A DNA stretch of 64,000 bases from a virus: positions 96,545-160,544 of the IMG/VR virus record IMGVR_UViG_3300048599_000816; one strand, given 5' to 3'. The translations under genes and the position numbers were made by a program. A model generated the notes under the pieces. The model worked only from the letters and a program-made list of their open reading frames with translations, had not been told where the DNA came from and searched no databases. Of the stretch, positions 29,088 through 38,974 are shown piece by piece. How positions within the stretch are numbered: the first letter of the stretch is position 1; each line of letters begins with the position of its first letter.

Positions 29088-30724
29088 TTTTTTCTCAACA
29101 CATTAGGTTTTGAAAGAATCTCGTTAAACAAAGCATCAATATCGTCCTCACGCTCACTTGCGTAATTCGCTTTGATACCATCTTTTTTGTCATCATCCCA
29201 ACCAACCCATTGAACAAGATAATCAAGATCTTCCTGCATTGTCTTTTGCACTGATATTTTTGATTCCAAAACTTTAAGAATGTGATCTTGTTTCAAAATT
29301 GGTTGACTTCCAGTCAACTTGCTTTCATGCCACATTTTTACTAACGAAGCATTAACAACTTGATTTATCTCTCTTCCTGTTAGTAATGGGCTGTGAAGTC
29401 CTAAGGAATTAGTGTCAATACCAAGCTCTTTGGGATCTCTACCAGTCTTTCTCAAATGAATATCGAAAATAGTTGCTCTGTCTTTTGCTGATGGCAAAGG
29501 AATAAAAAACTTATCATCAAAACGTGAAATTAACTCTGGTGGTAAATATTGAATACTATTGCATGTTGCAATAATAAAAATTGGAGCCGTGCAGTCTTGA
29601 TACCAAGTTAAAAACGAACCAATAACTCTTGCTGTAGTACCTGCATCACTAAACGTAGACGATTGACTTCCAGCAAACTGTTTTTCAATTTCATCAATCA
29701 ATACTGCACAGGGTGCAACACTTTCAATCGTCTTAAGAGCTTTCATTAAACGTGTTTCGCTCTCACCAACTCTTGATGAAAATATTTTACTTGGCGTAAA
29801 TGCCAACAAAGGTATTCCCCAATAATTTCCAATAGCTTTTGCAAGTAGCGACTTTCCACAACCTGTTACGCCAAGAAGAAGAGCACCTTTTGCAGGAGGA
29901 ATTTTCAATTTAACTGCTTCTTCAGACCATGTTCCTTTACGTTCTTCAAACCAGTTTTTTACTTTACCTAACCCGCCAATTTCGTCAAATGTAATATTAG
30001 TCTCCATTACATCTAATAAATCAGTCTTACGAAGAATCGACTTTTTGTAAAGATTTATCTCGTTGATATCAAGCTTCTTCATTTTTTTCAATGATGCCAT
30101 AGTAATTTGCTCGACTTCAAAAAGAGTCAATCCCCTAAGACCTTGCTTTATAGTCTCTTCTATTTTTGTCGAAACTTGTTGGTCTTTTTTCGATACAGAA
30201 TTGTATTCGCCAAGTAAATAATCAATTTTCTTTTGAATCTCTTTATCATCTGGCAAGTCGTAAAAAACAACTTCTGAATATCTTTGAAGTTTCGTAGGAA
30301 TCAATAAGGTAGGTGAAACAATGATTATTGATTTAAGATGCACATAGTCATGATAAATATTCAAAACAATATCTTTTATTTTTCGAATTGTCTGAAAATT
30401 TGCAGGTTGTGATTCAATAAGATGATTATCAATATCAAGCAAAATGTAAATTAAACGTTTATCTGTTGATTGATTTGATTGTATATCGCTGAGAGCTTGA
30501 TGAATAGGCATTGTTTTTACATTAACAATACCTTCTTTTTTATCGCTCTCTTTTTGATAATCAGAATACGAAACAATACCTGTTGTCGTTCGATAAATAA
30601 AAATCTGCGAATCATCTTTTGTCTGATTATAAATATCTTCAATAAGACAGTCTTCTTCTTCAGTAACTACATGTATAAGAGGACGCAAAATATCAAGATT
30701 AGATTTTAAATCCATAGTCTTCAA
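29084..30724 (-). CDS. AAA+ ATPase
   Basis: Walker A GVTGCGKSLLAK and Walker B AVLIDEIEK. Confidence 0.65.
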   Translation of the reverse strand: MKTMDLKSNLDILRPLIHVVTEEEDCLIEDIYNQTKDDSQIFIYRTTTGIVSYSDYQKESDKKEGIVNVKTMPIHQALSDIQSNQSTDKRLIYILLDIDNHLIESQPANFQTIRKIKDIVLNIYHDYVHLKSIIIVSPTLLIPTKLQRYSEVVFYDLPDDKEIQKKIDYLLGEYNSVSKKDQQVSTKIEETIKQGLRGLTLFEVEQITMASLKKMKKLDINEINLYKKSILRKTDLLDVMETNITFDEIGGLGKVKNWFEERKGTWSEEAVKLKIPPAKGALLLGVTGCGKSLLAKAIGNYWGIPLLAFTPSKIFSSRVGESETRLMKALKTIESVAPCAVLIDEIEKQFAGSQSSTFSDAGTTARVIGSFLTWYQDCTAPIFIIATCNSIQYLPPELISRFDDKFFIPLPSAKDRATIFDIHLRKTGRDPKELGIDTNSLGLHSPLLTGREINQVVNASLVKMWHESKLTGSQPILKQDHILKVLESKISVQKTMQEDLDYLVQWVGWDDDKKDGIKANYASEREDDIDALFNEILSKPNVLRKK

Positions 30725-30744
30725 CCTGTCTAAATTTTCAAGAA

Positions 30745-31041
30745 TTAATGAACCATTATTACAATCTCATTTGAAGTTTCGGTCACTTCAAATGTCTCGC
30801 CACGTAAAGCTCTTTCACGAAGTTGATAATCGCGCTGATATTCAGCTTTGATTTTCTCGACTTCAGAAGTATTCATCGAATCACACGTAATTTCATTTGC
30901 TTTTATGTCAATATTGTAATAAGCACGTGCAATTGACAATCCTTCTTTTGTTTTCGAACACTGATGTCCAAGTCTTTTAAGTGTGTCTTCCATAAGCAAC
31001 ATATTTGCAACATTGAAAGCTGTTATAACTTTTCCTGACAT
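30745..31041 (-). CDS. hypothetical protein
   Basis: ORF track. Confidence 0.3.
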   Translation of the reverse strand: MSGKVITAFNVANMLLMEDTLKRLGHQCSKTKEGLSIARAYYNIDIKANEITCDSMNTSEVEKIKAEYQRDYQLRERALRGETFEVTETSNEIVIMVH

Positions 31042-31052
31042 AATTCTCTCCT

Positions 31053-31238
31053 TTATTCTATAATGTGCACTGAATCATGCACTGGCACATCATCGCCATG
31101 GTTAATAGGTGTTGAACTTATAACTCTACATTGTTGTGTAATTTCCTGCAACACATTGCAACTTGTAGAATCTAAAGTCTCTACTGTTACTTCACCTGCA
31201 TGTTTGCCATGCTTCGGAATTGTGATTTTGTAAGACAT
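31053..31238 (-). CDS. hypothetical small protein
   Basis: ORF track. Confidence 0.25.
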   Translation of the reverse strand: MSYKITIPKHGKHAGEVTVETLDSTSCNVLQEITQQCRVISSTPINHGDDVPVHDSVHIIE

Positions 31239-31246
31239 TGTTCCTC

Positions 31247-31546
31247 CTAAAGGTGTGACCTTATTGCTTTTTCTATAAAATCTTTTTTAAAACCTTCGAC
31301 TTTATCGATACATCCCATATCATTAAACAATAAAAACGTCGGTAAAATCTTGATATTATAGATATCTATAACTTGTGCTTCTTCAAATACATTTAATTTT
31401 GCTATAGCACATCTTCCTTTATATGCTTCTTCAAGAGTCAAAAGAAAAGGCTCAGCTAAAACACATGCATGACAAGACGTACTCCAAAACTCTACAAGAG
31501 TTAAACTTGTAAGCGTACCAATTTCATTAAAACTTAAATTTTTCAT
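31247..31546 (-). CDS. thioredoxin-fold protein
   Basis: WSTSCHAC (CxxC) about 30 aa from the N-terminus; 99 aa. Confidence 0.45.
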   Translation of the reverse strand: MKNLSFNEIGTLTSLTLVEFWSTSCHACVLAEPFLLTLEEAYKGRCAIAKLNVFEEAQVIDIYNIKILPTFLLFNDMGCIDKVEGFKKDFIEKAIRSHL

Positions 31547-31806
31547 GAGAAATAAATTTGAAGTATTTTTGCAAGTTCGCTGTCATTAGTGTATTTCACA
31601 ATACACTTAATTTTGCCCATGTGACGTTTTTTGATTTCTTCAGGCGTAAATGTTTTCACAGACAAACCATCATATTGCTTTGAAGCATCTTCAAGATGAA
31701 CACAACGTTTCATAACAAGAGCTTTCTTCAAACTCTTATCATAAACTTGAATATAATGTTTTGTCTCACGTATTTCGCCAAATTTCGAAAGTTCAGTCTT
31801 ATCCAC
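31543..31806 (-). CDS. hypothetical protein
   Basis: ORF track. Confidence 0.25.
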   Translation of the reverse strand: MDKTELSKFGEIRETKHYIQVYDKSLKKALVMKRCVHLEDASKQYDGLSVKTFTPEEIKKRHMGKIKCIVKYTNDSELAKILQIYFS

Positions 31807-31861
31807 AGATGTCCTCCTTTGTTATAGTAACTATTCTATATAAAACACAAAGTAGGATGCA

Positions 31862-32806
31862 CTAATAAATAAAATTTTCATCTTTTGTGCCTGATCTTTG
31901 CTTCCATATCAAAGCGTCATATACTGCAACAGAAACGTTTAAACTAGCTGCTCGAAATCTTATTTCATCCTCTATATTAAAATAATCAAATTTCTTGTCT
32001 TTGACACACAAATGTTGCAAAATATGTGTATCAACGATAGCTAAATCGTCAAGCCCTAGATTTCTTAGAAAATGACTAGAGGCCTTTAAGCCCATTCCTT
32101 TGATTCTACCTATTACAAATTTCCGTTTTGCTCGTGAATCACTATCTGTTTGTAAAAGCACTTCATTTAATTTGCTATAAAACAAATCATACTCATTCTT
32201 CATCTTAAGCAAATAATCAACTTTTCTATTTTTAAAACGAATTGAAGAAATCAGCTCAAGAAGTTTTTCTCTAGATATTTGTGAAGAATAAAAACCATTA
32301 TCTTTCAATTTTTGTATGACTGTAGAAACTGTACTAAATCTTGTTTGAGGTACTAAAATACAAAAGCAAAGATTATAAAAAATATCAATTTTTTCTTTTG
32401 GTTTTTTAAATCTCTCAACTATTTTTTCAGCATTTACAATTTCTTCTTCAGTAAAAAAATCTAACATTTCATAAACTTTCACATTAAGATGTTTCATAAA
32501 CCACTCTGCTACTAAATGTCGATGACAAAACTGTCCAGGCAGTTCCCAACAAAGTAGAACAGAATTTTCGCTCAACTCTTCATAAACAGTTTTAGGATCT
32601 AAAACATCAAGAACTTCTTTTTGATATTGCAGTTTATAGAACTCTTCATCACCGTCTTCTTTATACTTTTTGTAAAACCAAAGTTTTGGAGCGAGTTTTT
32701 TATATTGTCTACCTGAAAACCATTCAGGTGCTCTACCTGTAATAGATACAGCATTTGAACTTTTTCCCAATTTCGCAAAATATGATGTTTTCATGAAAAC
32801 ACTCAA
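31862..32806 (-). CDS. HhH-GPD-type DNA glycosylase/lyase-like protein with an N-terminal uncharacterised domain
   Basis: GMGLKASSHFLRNLGLDDLAIVDTHI (helix-hairpin-helix, Gly/Asp signature). Confidence 0.45.
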   Translation of the reverse strand: MSVFMKTSYFAKLGKSSNAVSITGRAPEWFSGRQYKKLAPKLWFYKKYKEDGDEEFYKLQYQKEVLDVLDPKTVYEELSENSVLLCWELPGQFCHRHLVAEWFMKHLNVKVYEMLDFFTEEEIVNAEKIVERFKKPKEKIDIFYNLCFCILVPQTRFSTVSTVIQKLKDNGFYSSQISREKLLELISSIRFKNRKVDYLLKMKNEYDLFYSKLNEVLLQTDSDSRAKRKFVIGRIKGMGLKASSHFLRNLGLDDLAIVDTHILQHLCVKDKKFDYFNIEDEIRFRAASLNVSVAVYDALIWKQRSGTKDENFIY

Positions 32807-32929
32807 TTCTCATAAGCTACTATTTTACGTTATTATATTTAAGGGAAGATTGAAAGTGAAGTATAAAAAACTGAGGTAGGAGGGATCGAACCTCCAACTT
32901 AATTGATTTTACAAAATGTTATAAAGAAG

Positions 32930-34222
32930 TCAAATCAATTTCTTATAACATTTTGTTTTATAAAAATTATACATATAAGTTTTCATCCATTTATTAACTT
33001 TTTGAGTCTTTATTTTTAACAGTTTTGAAACTTCATTCACCCAACCAATTTTTGAAAAATCTATTGAACTATTTTCAACTATCTTTATTTTCTCAAGTTG
33101 TTTAAGCAATCTTAACAAAAGTCTTATTTTTGATTTTCGTTGTAATTCAAGTCTTTTAGAGTTATCTCTATTTATTCTTAAAGTTTTATTTTTAAAAATA
33201 TGATTCTCAAGAACCTTTGGAACATATCTATATTCACTTAAATTATTTAACAGAGTTAAAAACGAATTAATTCTTTCTTGATTTATTTCATTATATGCAA
33301 TTCTTACTACTTTCCACCCTTTAGATAATAAATGTCTATCTTTTTTTAAGTCATGTTCAAATCTAACATTACCATGCGAAAAATGTGCTGGTCCATCAAG
33401 TTCAACAGCAAGTTTTATATTAACAAAAGCAAAATCAATAAAATATGGAAATTCAGCATATTCACTTACAATATCATACTTCTCATTCAAATTAAATTTT
33501 AAAACGATTTTATCTATGAACCACTGTTCTAAAGAACTTGGTATTTGTTTATTTCTTTTTTCCCAAGCTGTTTTACCTGTTCGTTTTTTTAAATATTCAA
33601 ATCTTGTTTCTCTTATTTTATCTTTTGTAGCTGTAGAATGTTTAAAAACTTCTGGGTTTTGTTTATGAACTAGTTTAATCGCTTCTGATAAAGAACGATG
33701 TTTGTCTTTTAAAGCAACTGTTATGAGAGATTTATGATAACCAGCTCTAATAAGTTCATAAGTTGACATACCAGAAGAATACATTTTTATAATTTCATTA
33801 ATTTGTTGTTCAGAAAAACATTTATGTTTTTTGAAATTTCCAGAATTGAAAAATCTTTTACATTGAGTACATTGTTGTTTTTTAAAACAACTTGATATTA
33901 CTTTTTGTCGAGTACCTATAAGATAAGATTTTTTAAGACACTCACTAGCGTTATGTTTTCTCTTGATGTCTTTAATATAGAATTTTACTAATTTTTCGGA
34001 ATATCCTCTTCTGACTATCTCAGTAAATAGCATTCCAGAAATATACAAATTTCTAATTTTATTGATTTCAGTTTTTGATAGAACGCAATTTCTTTTGTGT
34101 TGTATAAATCCAGTCAAATTCTTTAAAATCCTGCCACAATTATCACATTGTAATGGATTAAAAACTGGAGCGAGAAGACTTGAACTTCTAACTCTCGGAC
34201 TCAAATTCCGATGTTCTGCCAT
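32930..34222 (-). CDS. free-standing homing-endonuclease-like protein (C2H2-type Zn fingers, HTH, DUF559/Vsr-like nuclease)
   Basis: CDNCGRILKNLTGFIQHKRNC, CTQCKRFFNSGNFKKHKC, C-terminal YFIDFAFVNIKLAVELDGPAHF...GWKVVRIAY. The ORF-track N-terminus (MAEHRNLSPRV..) is a translation of tRNA-Gln, so the true start is uncertain. Confidence 0.55.
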   Translation of the reverse strand: MAEHRNLSPRVRSSSLLAPVFNPLQCDNCGRILKNLTGFIQHKRNCVLSKTEINKIRNLYISGMLFTEIVRRGYSEKLVKFYIKDIKRKHNASECLKKSYLIGTRQKVISSCFKKQQCTQCKRFFNSGNFKKHKCFSEQQINEIIKMYSSGMSTYELIRAGYHKSLITVALKDKHRSLSEAIKLVHKQNPEVFKHSTATKDKIRETRFEYLKKRTGKTAWEKRNKQIPSSLEQWFIDKIVLKFNLNEKYDIVSEYAEFPYFIDFAFVNIKLAVELDGPAHFSHGNVRFEHDLKKDRHLLSKGWKVVRIAYNEINQERINSFLTLLNNLSEYRYVPKVLENHIFKNKTLRINRDNSKRLELQRKSKIRLLLRLLKQLEKIKIVENSSIDFSKIGWVNEVSKLLKIKTQKVNKWMKTYMYNFYKTKCYKKLI

Positions 34223-34236
34223 TGAACTACGCTCCC
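34165..34236 (-). tRNA. tRNA-Gln(TTG)
   Basis: Hand-folded: T-arm AGAAG-UUCAAGU-CUUCU, D-arm GUUC-AAUGGCA-GAAC, anticodon stem UCGGA/UCCGA with loop AUUUGAG. There is a 1:72 mismatch. Confidence 0.6.
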
Positions 34237-34240
34237 AAAT

Positions 34241-34319
34241 TGGTCGAGATGAGAGGATTTGAACCTCCAGTTATACCTGACCCCAGATCAGGTGCCATAC
34301 CAGATTAGGCGACATCTCG
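34241..34319 (-). tRNA. tRNA-Pro(TGG), CCA encoded
   Basis: Acceptor CGAGAUG/CAUCUCG, T-arm GGAGG-UUCAAAU-CCUCU, anticodon stem CCUGA/UCAGG with loop UCUGGGG (C33 is unusual); 3' CCA present in the DNA. Confidence 0.5.
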
Positions 34320-34340
34320 ATGTAAAAGATCTAAAACAAA

Positions 34341-34370
34341 AACGGCTCCTCTTTTTGGAGAGGAGCCGTT
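34341..34370 (-). terminator. rho-independent terminator (12-bp GC-rich hairpin)
   Basis: aacggctcctct-ttttgg-agaggagccgtt; a T-run follows on the minus strand. Confidence 0.5.
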
Positions 34371-34526
34371 TGAAAATTTATCGATATTCAGTTATTCCAA
34401 CAGCGTCACTCTCCAAGTATTTTTCTTGGTTGGGGTTGTTGTGGCTGCTGTGGAAACCTTAAAAACATTATCAATTCCTTTGTTAGTTCTAATATAATAA
34501 AACTTTTTGCAAGTGTAAAATGTTTT

Positions 34527-35057
34527 TTAAAAAATCCTTGTTGTTTTAAAACTAAGACCATAAATATCTACAACAGCACGAGCACAAAAATTGTAGAGAT
34601 TATCAACACCAATATCAGTGTTTATAATAGTTTTTTTGTCTAACAAGATTCTTTTTGTTCTTGCTTTTCTTACTTTATTGCTAACATCGAAAAGTTTTGG
34701 ATAAGTTTGTTTGATTTTTTCAAATTTATTTACATCACTTTTTAACAAATAATTTAGAACAATTTCAGCAAAATCTGGCCAAGACATAGAATCGCTTCTT
34801 GCTATAGATACATTATCAATAAATATTTCTTTTACATGAGAACGTCCTATTTCTTCATAAAGTTTTGATTGTGTTTTTATCGAAAATAATTCTTCATCAG
34901 TTTTTACTTTTCTATTGCCTGAGTGCTTAATTTGAGAAACAGCATTTAAAAACGTCTTAGATCTTGACTCGATTACACTGAAAATTTCTTTTTGAATTTT
35001 AAGTAATTCTTCATTTGACAATGCATTAAAATTAAGTATTGATTGTGATTGTGACAT
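34527..35057 (-). CDS. hypothetical protein
   Basis: ORF track. Confidence 0.3.
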   Translation of the reverse strand: MSQSQSILNFNALSNEELLKIQKEIFSVIESRSKTFLNAVSQIKHSGNRKVKTDEELFSIKTQSKLYEEIGRSHVKEIFIDNVSIARSDSMSWPDFAEIVLNYLLKSDVNKFEKIKQTYPKLFDVSNKVRKARTKRILLDKKTIINTDIGVDNLYNFCARAVVDIYGLSFKTTRIF

Positions 35058-35170
35058 AAAGTCTCCTTCATTGAATGTTTAAAATATTATTTCAAGTTGC
35101 AACTTGTTAATACATTATATATCATGCTATTGGTCGCAATCAAAAAAATAATCGCGACCAAAAAATAAAA

Positions 35171-35194
35171 AAGGCTCTCTTAAAAGAGAGCCTT
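35171..35194 (-). terminator. rho-independent terminator
   Basis: aaggctctct-taaa-agagagcctt with a minus-strand T-run; downstream of 35222..35512. Confidence 0.55.
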
Positions 35195-35221
35195 TGATGT
35201 AAAAACACAAGTATTAATTTT

Positions 35222-35512
35222 TTATTTTGGATTATTGGGATAATAATAAACTGATTTATTTGTACCTACACCAGCTGACTGAAAATCTATCCAATATTCT
35301 AATAAAGAATCGCCTATAGAAAAATAAGGTACTTCAGAAGCTTTAAAGAAAAATTCTCTACCTGTATCTGTACGTGTCCAGAAAACATATTTACTTTCTT
35401 CACCCTTCGAAACATATTTTATATCTTTGACTATGCCTACATATCTATACTGAAAACTTTGAAAAGAATGCAAAGAAGCAGAAATCAAAATAACAAAGAA
35501 AAATGCTTTCAT
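35222..35512 (-). CDS. small secreted protein (signal peptide)
   Basis: Start set at MKAFFFVILISASLHS (signal-peptide-like), which avoids overlap with the upstream gene. Confidence 0.3.
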   Translation of the reverse strand: MKAFFFVILISASLHSFQSFQYRYVGIVKDIKYVSKGEESKYVFWTRTDTGREFFFKASEVPYFSIGDSLLEYWIDFQSAGVGTNKSVYYYPNNPK

Positions 35513-35540
35513 ACAAAACCTTTCATACAATTTAAACACA

Positions 35541-36323
35541 TCATTCATCCCAGTCCCATTGCATGTCTTTTGCAACTTTACCACCAGCTTTATATGTTTC
35601 AGTAATTAGTGTCGCATACTCACAGGGTTTGCATCGTGTACCGAATATGACATTGTTATCGAAAACAATAGGTTTAGAATGTGCTTTTGCAGAATAAACA
35701 ATATCACGAAAATTACATATTAAATTTCGAGGGAAGACAACTACAGGGAAATATCTTTCACCAAACAAATCAGCATTAGGCTTGTCAGCAATAAACTTAA
35801 TTGCTTCTTCAGCATCATTATAAAACCCTTGTTTAAATTTGAATCTCGAGTTTTTTTGATGCATTTCAGAGTACCATTCTTCAGGAGCATGATACTCATA
35901 TAAATGATTTTCTATTTTGAACTCTTTGAAAACAAGAACTAAAGAGATTTCATCAGGATTACCACCACCTCTACAAATGCGACCTAAAATGCCAGTTTTC
36001 CAAAACTTCTGGACAATTTCTTTTTTCCAATCAGAAAAATATTCTTTATAAGAATAATATTGTTTATAATCAGAACGGCCACCATTTTGTGCTTCCATTA
36101 TGTAAGCATCTTGTACTTTGCGTTTGATTATTGTATCTTTTTTTCCTTGAACTGGTACCCAACCGTAACCACCAAACTCGCCTGTGACAACTACCCATTG
36201 CTGTTTTTCATCTTTAGAAATTTCGCAAAGTTTAATTTCAAGGAATTTTCCAATGAAATCTTTTGTGTTGAAATCTCTAATTTCTTTTTTCGGTAAAAAT
36301 TCAAACATAATTTCCTCCTGCAC
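35541..36323 (-). CDS. hypothetical protein
   Basis: ORF track. Confidence 0.3.
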   Translation of the reverse strand: MQEEIMFEFLPKKEIRDFNTKDFIGKFLEIKLCEISKDEKQQWVVVTGEFGGYGWVPVQGKKDTIIKRKVQDAYIMEAQNGGRSDYKQYYSYKEYFSDWKKEIVQKFWKTGILGRICRGGGNPDEISLVLVFKEFKIENHLYEYHAPEEWYSEMHQKNSRFKFKQGFYNDAEEAIKFIADKPNADLFGERYFPVVVFPRNLICNFRDIVYSAKAHSKPIVFDNNVIFGTRCKPCEYATLITETYKAGGKVAKDMQWDWDE

Positions 36324-36379
36324 GAGAATATCGATTGTTTCTTATTAAGAGCCAAAAACTATGACACTTAAGAAAACAA

Positions 36380-36619
36380 TTATTCACTTTCCGAAGGCTT
36401 TATCGGAGCTCTTAACTCTTTACCATCAGCTGATATAGTAGGACTTTCAAAAGAAGAACCCATAGGTAACCCTACAAACTCAAACTCTTTTTTACATTCC
36501 TTACATCTAATACGAATATCAGCTGAGTAAACATAGGGTATTGCATTGGGATGACTAACTTTAGTAATCCTGTTAACTGCTACAGACGATTCAAACACAT
36601 AGTGTTGACACTCGCTCAT
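36380..36619 (-). CDS. hypothetical Cys-containing small protein
   Basis: ORF track. Confidence 0.25.
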   Translation of the reverse strand: MSECQHYVFESSVAVNRITKVSHPNAIPYVYSADIRIRCKECKKEFEFVGLPMGSSFESPTISADGKELRAPIKPSESE

Positions 36620-36707
36620 ACTTCACATCCCATATGTCAAACTTTCTTGTCTATTTTTTCAACCTTTAAAAAATTATATCTATTTTTTTTATACTTTTTT
36701 AAACAAT

Positions 36708-37688
36708 ATGAAAGCTGTAATAGTAGGTTGTGGATTAGCAGGTAGTATTGCTGCTAGAATTCTTTATGACAAAGGATGGGATGTACAAATTTTTGAGACT
36801 AGAAATCATATTGCAGGAAACTGTTTTGATTCGATTTTAAATAACGTTACAGTTCACAATTATGGCCCTCACATTTTTCACACAAATTCTAATCAAGTCT
36901 GGGAATTTATTAACAAATTTACAAAATTTAACAATTTTACTTTCAAAGTAATAGCAAACACATCAAAAGGTTTTGTCCCAATACCTTACAATAAGAAAAC
37001 AGAAGAAATCACAGGAAAACTCACTGATCAACAAATACAAGAATTGTTGTTTGTTGACTATTCAGAAAAACAATGGGGAATTAACTGGAACGAAATTCCA
37101 AAAGAAATTATTAATAGAGTTCATATTAGAAGAGACAACTATGACGACAGATATTTTTGTGATACATATCAAGGAATACCAGAGTTTGGCTACACGAAAA
37201 TGTTTGAAAACCTTTTAAAAAACATTAAAATAAATTTGAATTGTAAAAAAAATGACTGGAAAAAAGAAAAAAGTGATTTAGTTATTTACACTGGCAAACT
37301 TGATGAATATTTTGATTTTTGTTACGGACAGTTACCATATAGATCATTAAACTTTGAACATATTTTATCAAAACCAAGAGAACACTGTTTTATAAATGAA
37401 TGTAATAAAATAAACAAATATACACGTTCATATGATCATAGTCACTGGTTATTTCAACAAGTACAACAAACAATAATCACATATGAATACCCATGTGAGC
37501 ACACATCAGAAAACAATGCTTTTTACCCAATTTGTACTAATGAAAATTTAAAAATAAAAACTTTATATGAAAATTTAGCTTGTAAAGAAAAAAATGTATA
37601 TTTCTTAGGTAGGTTAGCAAACTACAAATATCTCAACATGGATAATATTATAGAACTTGTGTTACATTTTTTCTCTAAACGATTGTGA
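36708..37688 (+). CDS. glf: UDP-galactopyranose mutase
   Basis: VIVGCGLAGSIAA (GxGxxG), HIAGNCFD, YGPHIFHTNSNQVWEFINKF signature. Confidence 0.8.
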   Translation: MKAVIVGCGLAGSIAARILYDKGWDVQIFETRNHIAGNCFDSILNNVTVHNYGPHIFHTNSNQVWEFINKFTKFNNFTFKVIANTSKGFVPIPYNKKTEEITGKLTDQQIQELLFVDYSEKQWGINWNEIPKEIINRVHIRRDNYDDRYFCDTYQGIPEFGYTKMFENLLKNIKINLNCKKNDWKKEKSDLVIYTGKLDEYFDFCYGQLPYRSLNFEHILSKPREHCFINECNKINKYTRSYDHSHWLFQQVQQTIITYEYPCEHTSENNAFYPICTNENLKIKTLYENLACKEKNVYFLGRLANYKYLNMDNIIELVLHFFSKRL

Positions 37689-37694
37689 CAAAAC

Positions 37695-38327
37695 ATGAAA
37701 ATTGCATATGTTTATTCTTCTTCTCATGAAATTTTAAAAGACTATTTCTTTTTGGGCACTATGTGTGAACAATGGGAATTGATAGAAAAAAAATCAGATG
37801 AACATTCTACAGGCGATTATTTGTCTTCTGGTTGGTCAAAAATAGTAAAAGAAAAAATAAAAACATATATAGAAGTTATTAAAAATAATACTGACGAAAT
37901 TGTTGTTTTTTCTGATGTTGATATTACTTGGTTTAAACCTGTACAAGAAATTATAAAACAATGTCTAACACAGAAAGATATTGTTTTTCAAAAAGAAAAC
38001 TTACACAATGAAGAAGTCAATACTGGTTTTATTGCTATCAGGTGTAATAAAGATGTAGAAAACTTTTTTCAAGATGTTCTTGACAACATAGAAGACAATG
38101 ACCAAACAACAGTAAATCTTCTATTAAGTAACAACAAAATAAAATGTAATTATGGGTTTTTACCAGTAAGTTTTTCTAACGACAACTTATCACCCTGTCA
38201 AGACATTTTATTATATCATTCTATTTGTACTAAACCTAAAAACGGAAAAACTTCATTGCAAATTAAATATGAAAAATTATTAAAAATGAGAAGTTTTGTT
38301 TTAAATTCACAAAACATTTTGAGGTGA
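37695..38327 (+). CDS. nucleotide-sugar glycosyltransferase (DxD), putative
   Basis: VVFSDVDITWF DxD motif; forms an operon with glf. Confidence 0.4.
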   Translation: MKIAYVYSSSHEILKDYFFLGTMCEQWELIEKKSDEHSTGDYLSSGWSKIVKEKIKTYIEVIKNNTDEIVVFSDVDITWFKPVQEIIKQCLTQKDIVFQKENLHNEEVNTGFIAIRCNKDVENFFQDVLDNIEDNDQTTVNLLLSNNKIKCNYGFLPVSFSNDNLSPCQDILLYHSICTKPKNGKTSLQIKYEKLLKMRSFVLNSQNILR

Positions 38328-38974
38328 AAATGAAATTGTCTATTTGTACTCAATTACTTGATTGGAATTTTGGATTAAAAGAAGCTCTTCCTACTTGGTT
38401 AAAACTCCCTTGCAATGAAATAGTAATTTTCGACTGGGGAAATGGGAAAGAATCTGCAAAAGAAATAACAGACCAATATTCAGACTCAAGAATAAAATTG
38501 ATTATTGGTCAAGAAAAAATACCTTATAGTCATACAGTGTCACGGAACACATCAATAAGACATACGACAAGTGACTTAATCTTTTTTATTGATTCAGATA
38601 TAAAGATTTTGTCATCAACAATACCCGAAATACAACAAGACAATTTTATGCAAGGAAGTGAAGAGATTTGTGCGTTTGGGACATGTATTTTTTGGAAAAA
38701 ACATTTTGAACAAGTTAATGGATTTGACGAGCGTATGTCAGGCTGTTGGCATTTTGATAGAGATTTTTATGAACGTTTGACTAAAATAAATGTTAATAGA
38801 GTAGAGTTTCCACAAAATATGTTTCAACATGTAAACCACGATAATGCAGAACGAGTCAAAAATTTTGAAATTAAAGACCCAGGTGTTTATCGCCAGTATA
38901 ATCGTGATATCTCTAAAGATTCAAAATGGGATTGCAATTACAAACAAAAAATTTTAAATGTCAAGTTCGTTTAA
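38324..38974 (+). CDS. GT-A-fold glycosyltransferase, paralogue A
   Basis: ICTQLLDWNFGLKEALPTWLKLPCNEIVIFDWGNGKESAKEI...FFIDSDIKI (DxD). Confidence 0.45.
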   Translation: MKMKLSICTQLLDWNFGLKEALPTWLKLPCNEIVIFDWGNGKESAKEITDQYSDSRIKLIIGQEKIPYSHTVSRNTSIRHTTSDLIFFIDSDIKILSSTIPEIQQDNFMQGSEEICAFGTCIFWKKHFEQVNGFDERMSGCWHFDRDFYERLTKINVNRVEFPQNMFQHVNHDNAERVKNFEIKDPGVYRQYNRDISKDSKWDCNYKQKILNVKFV

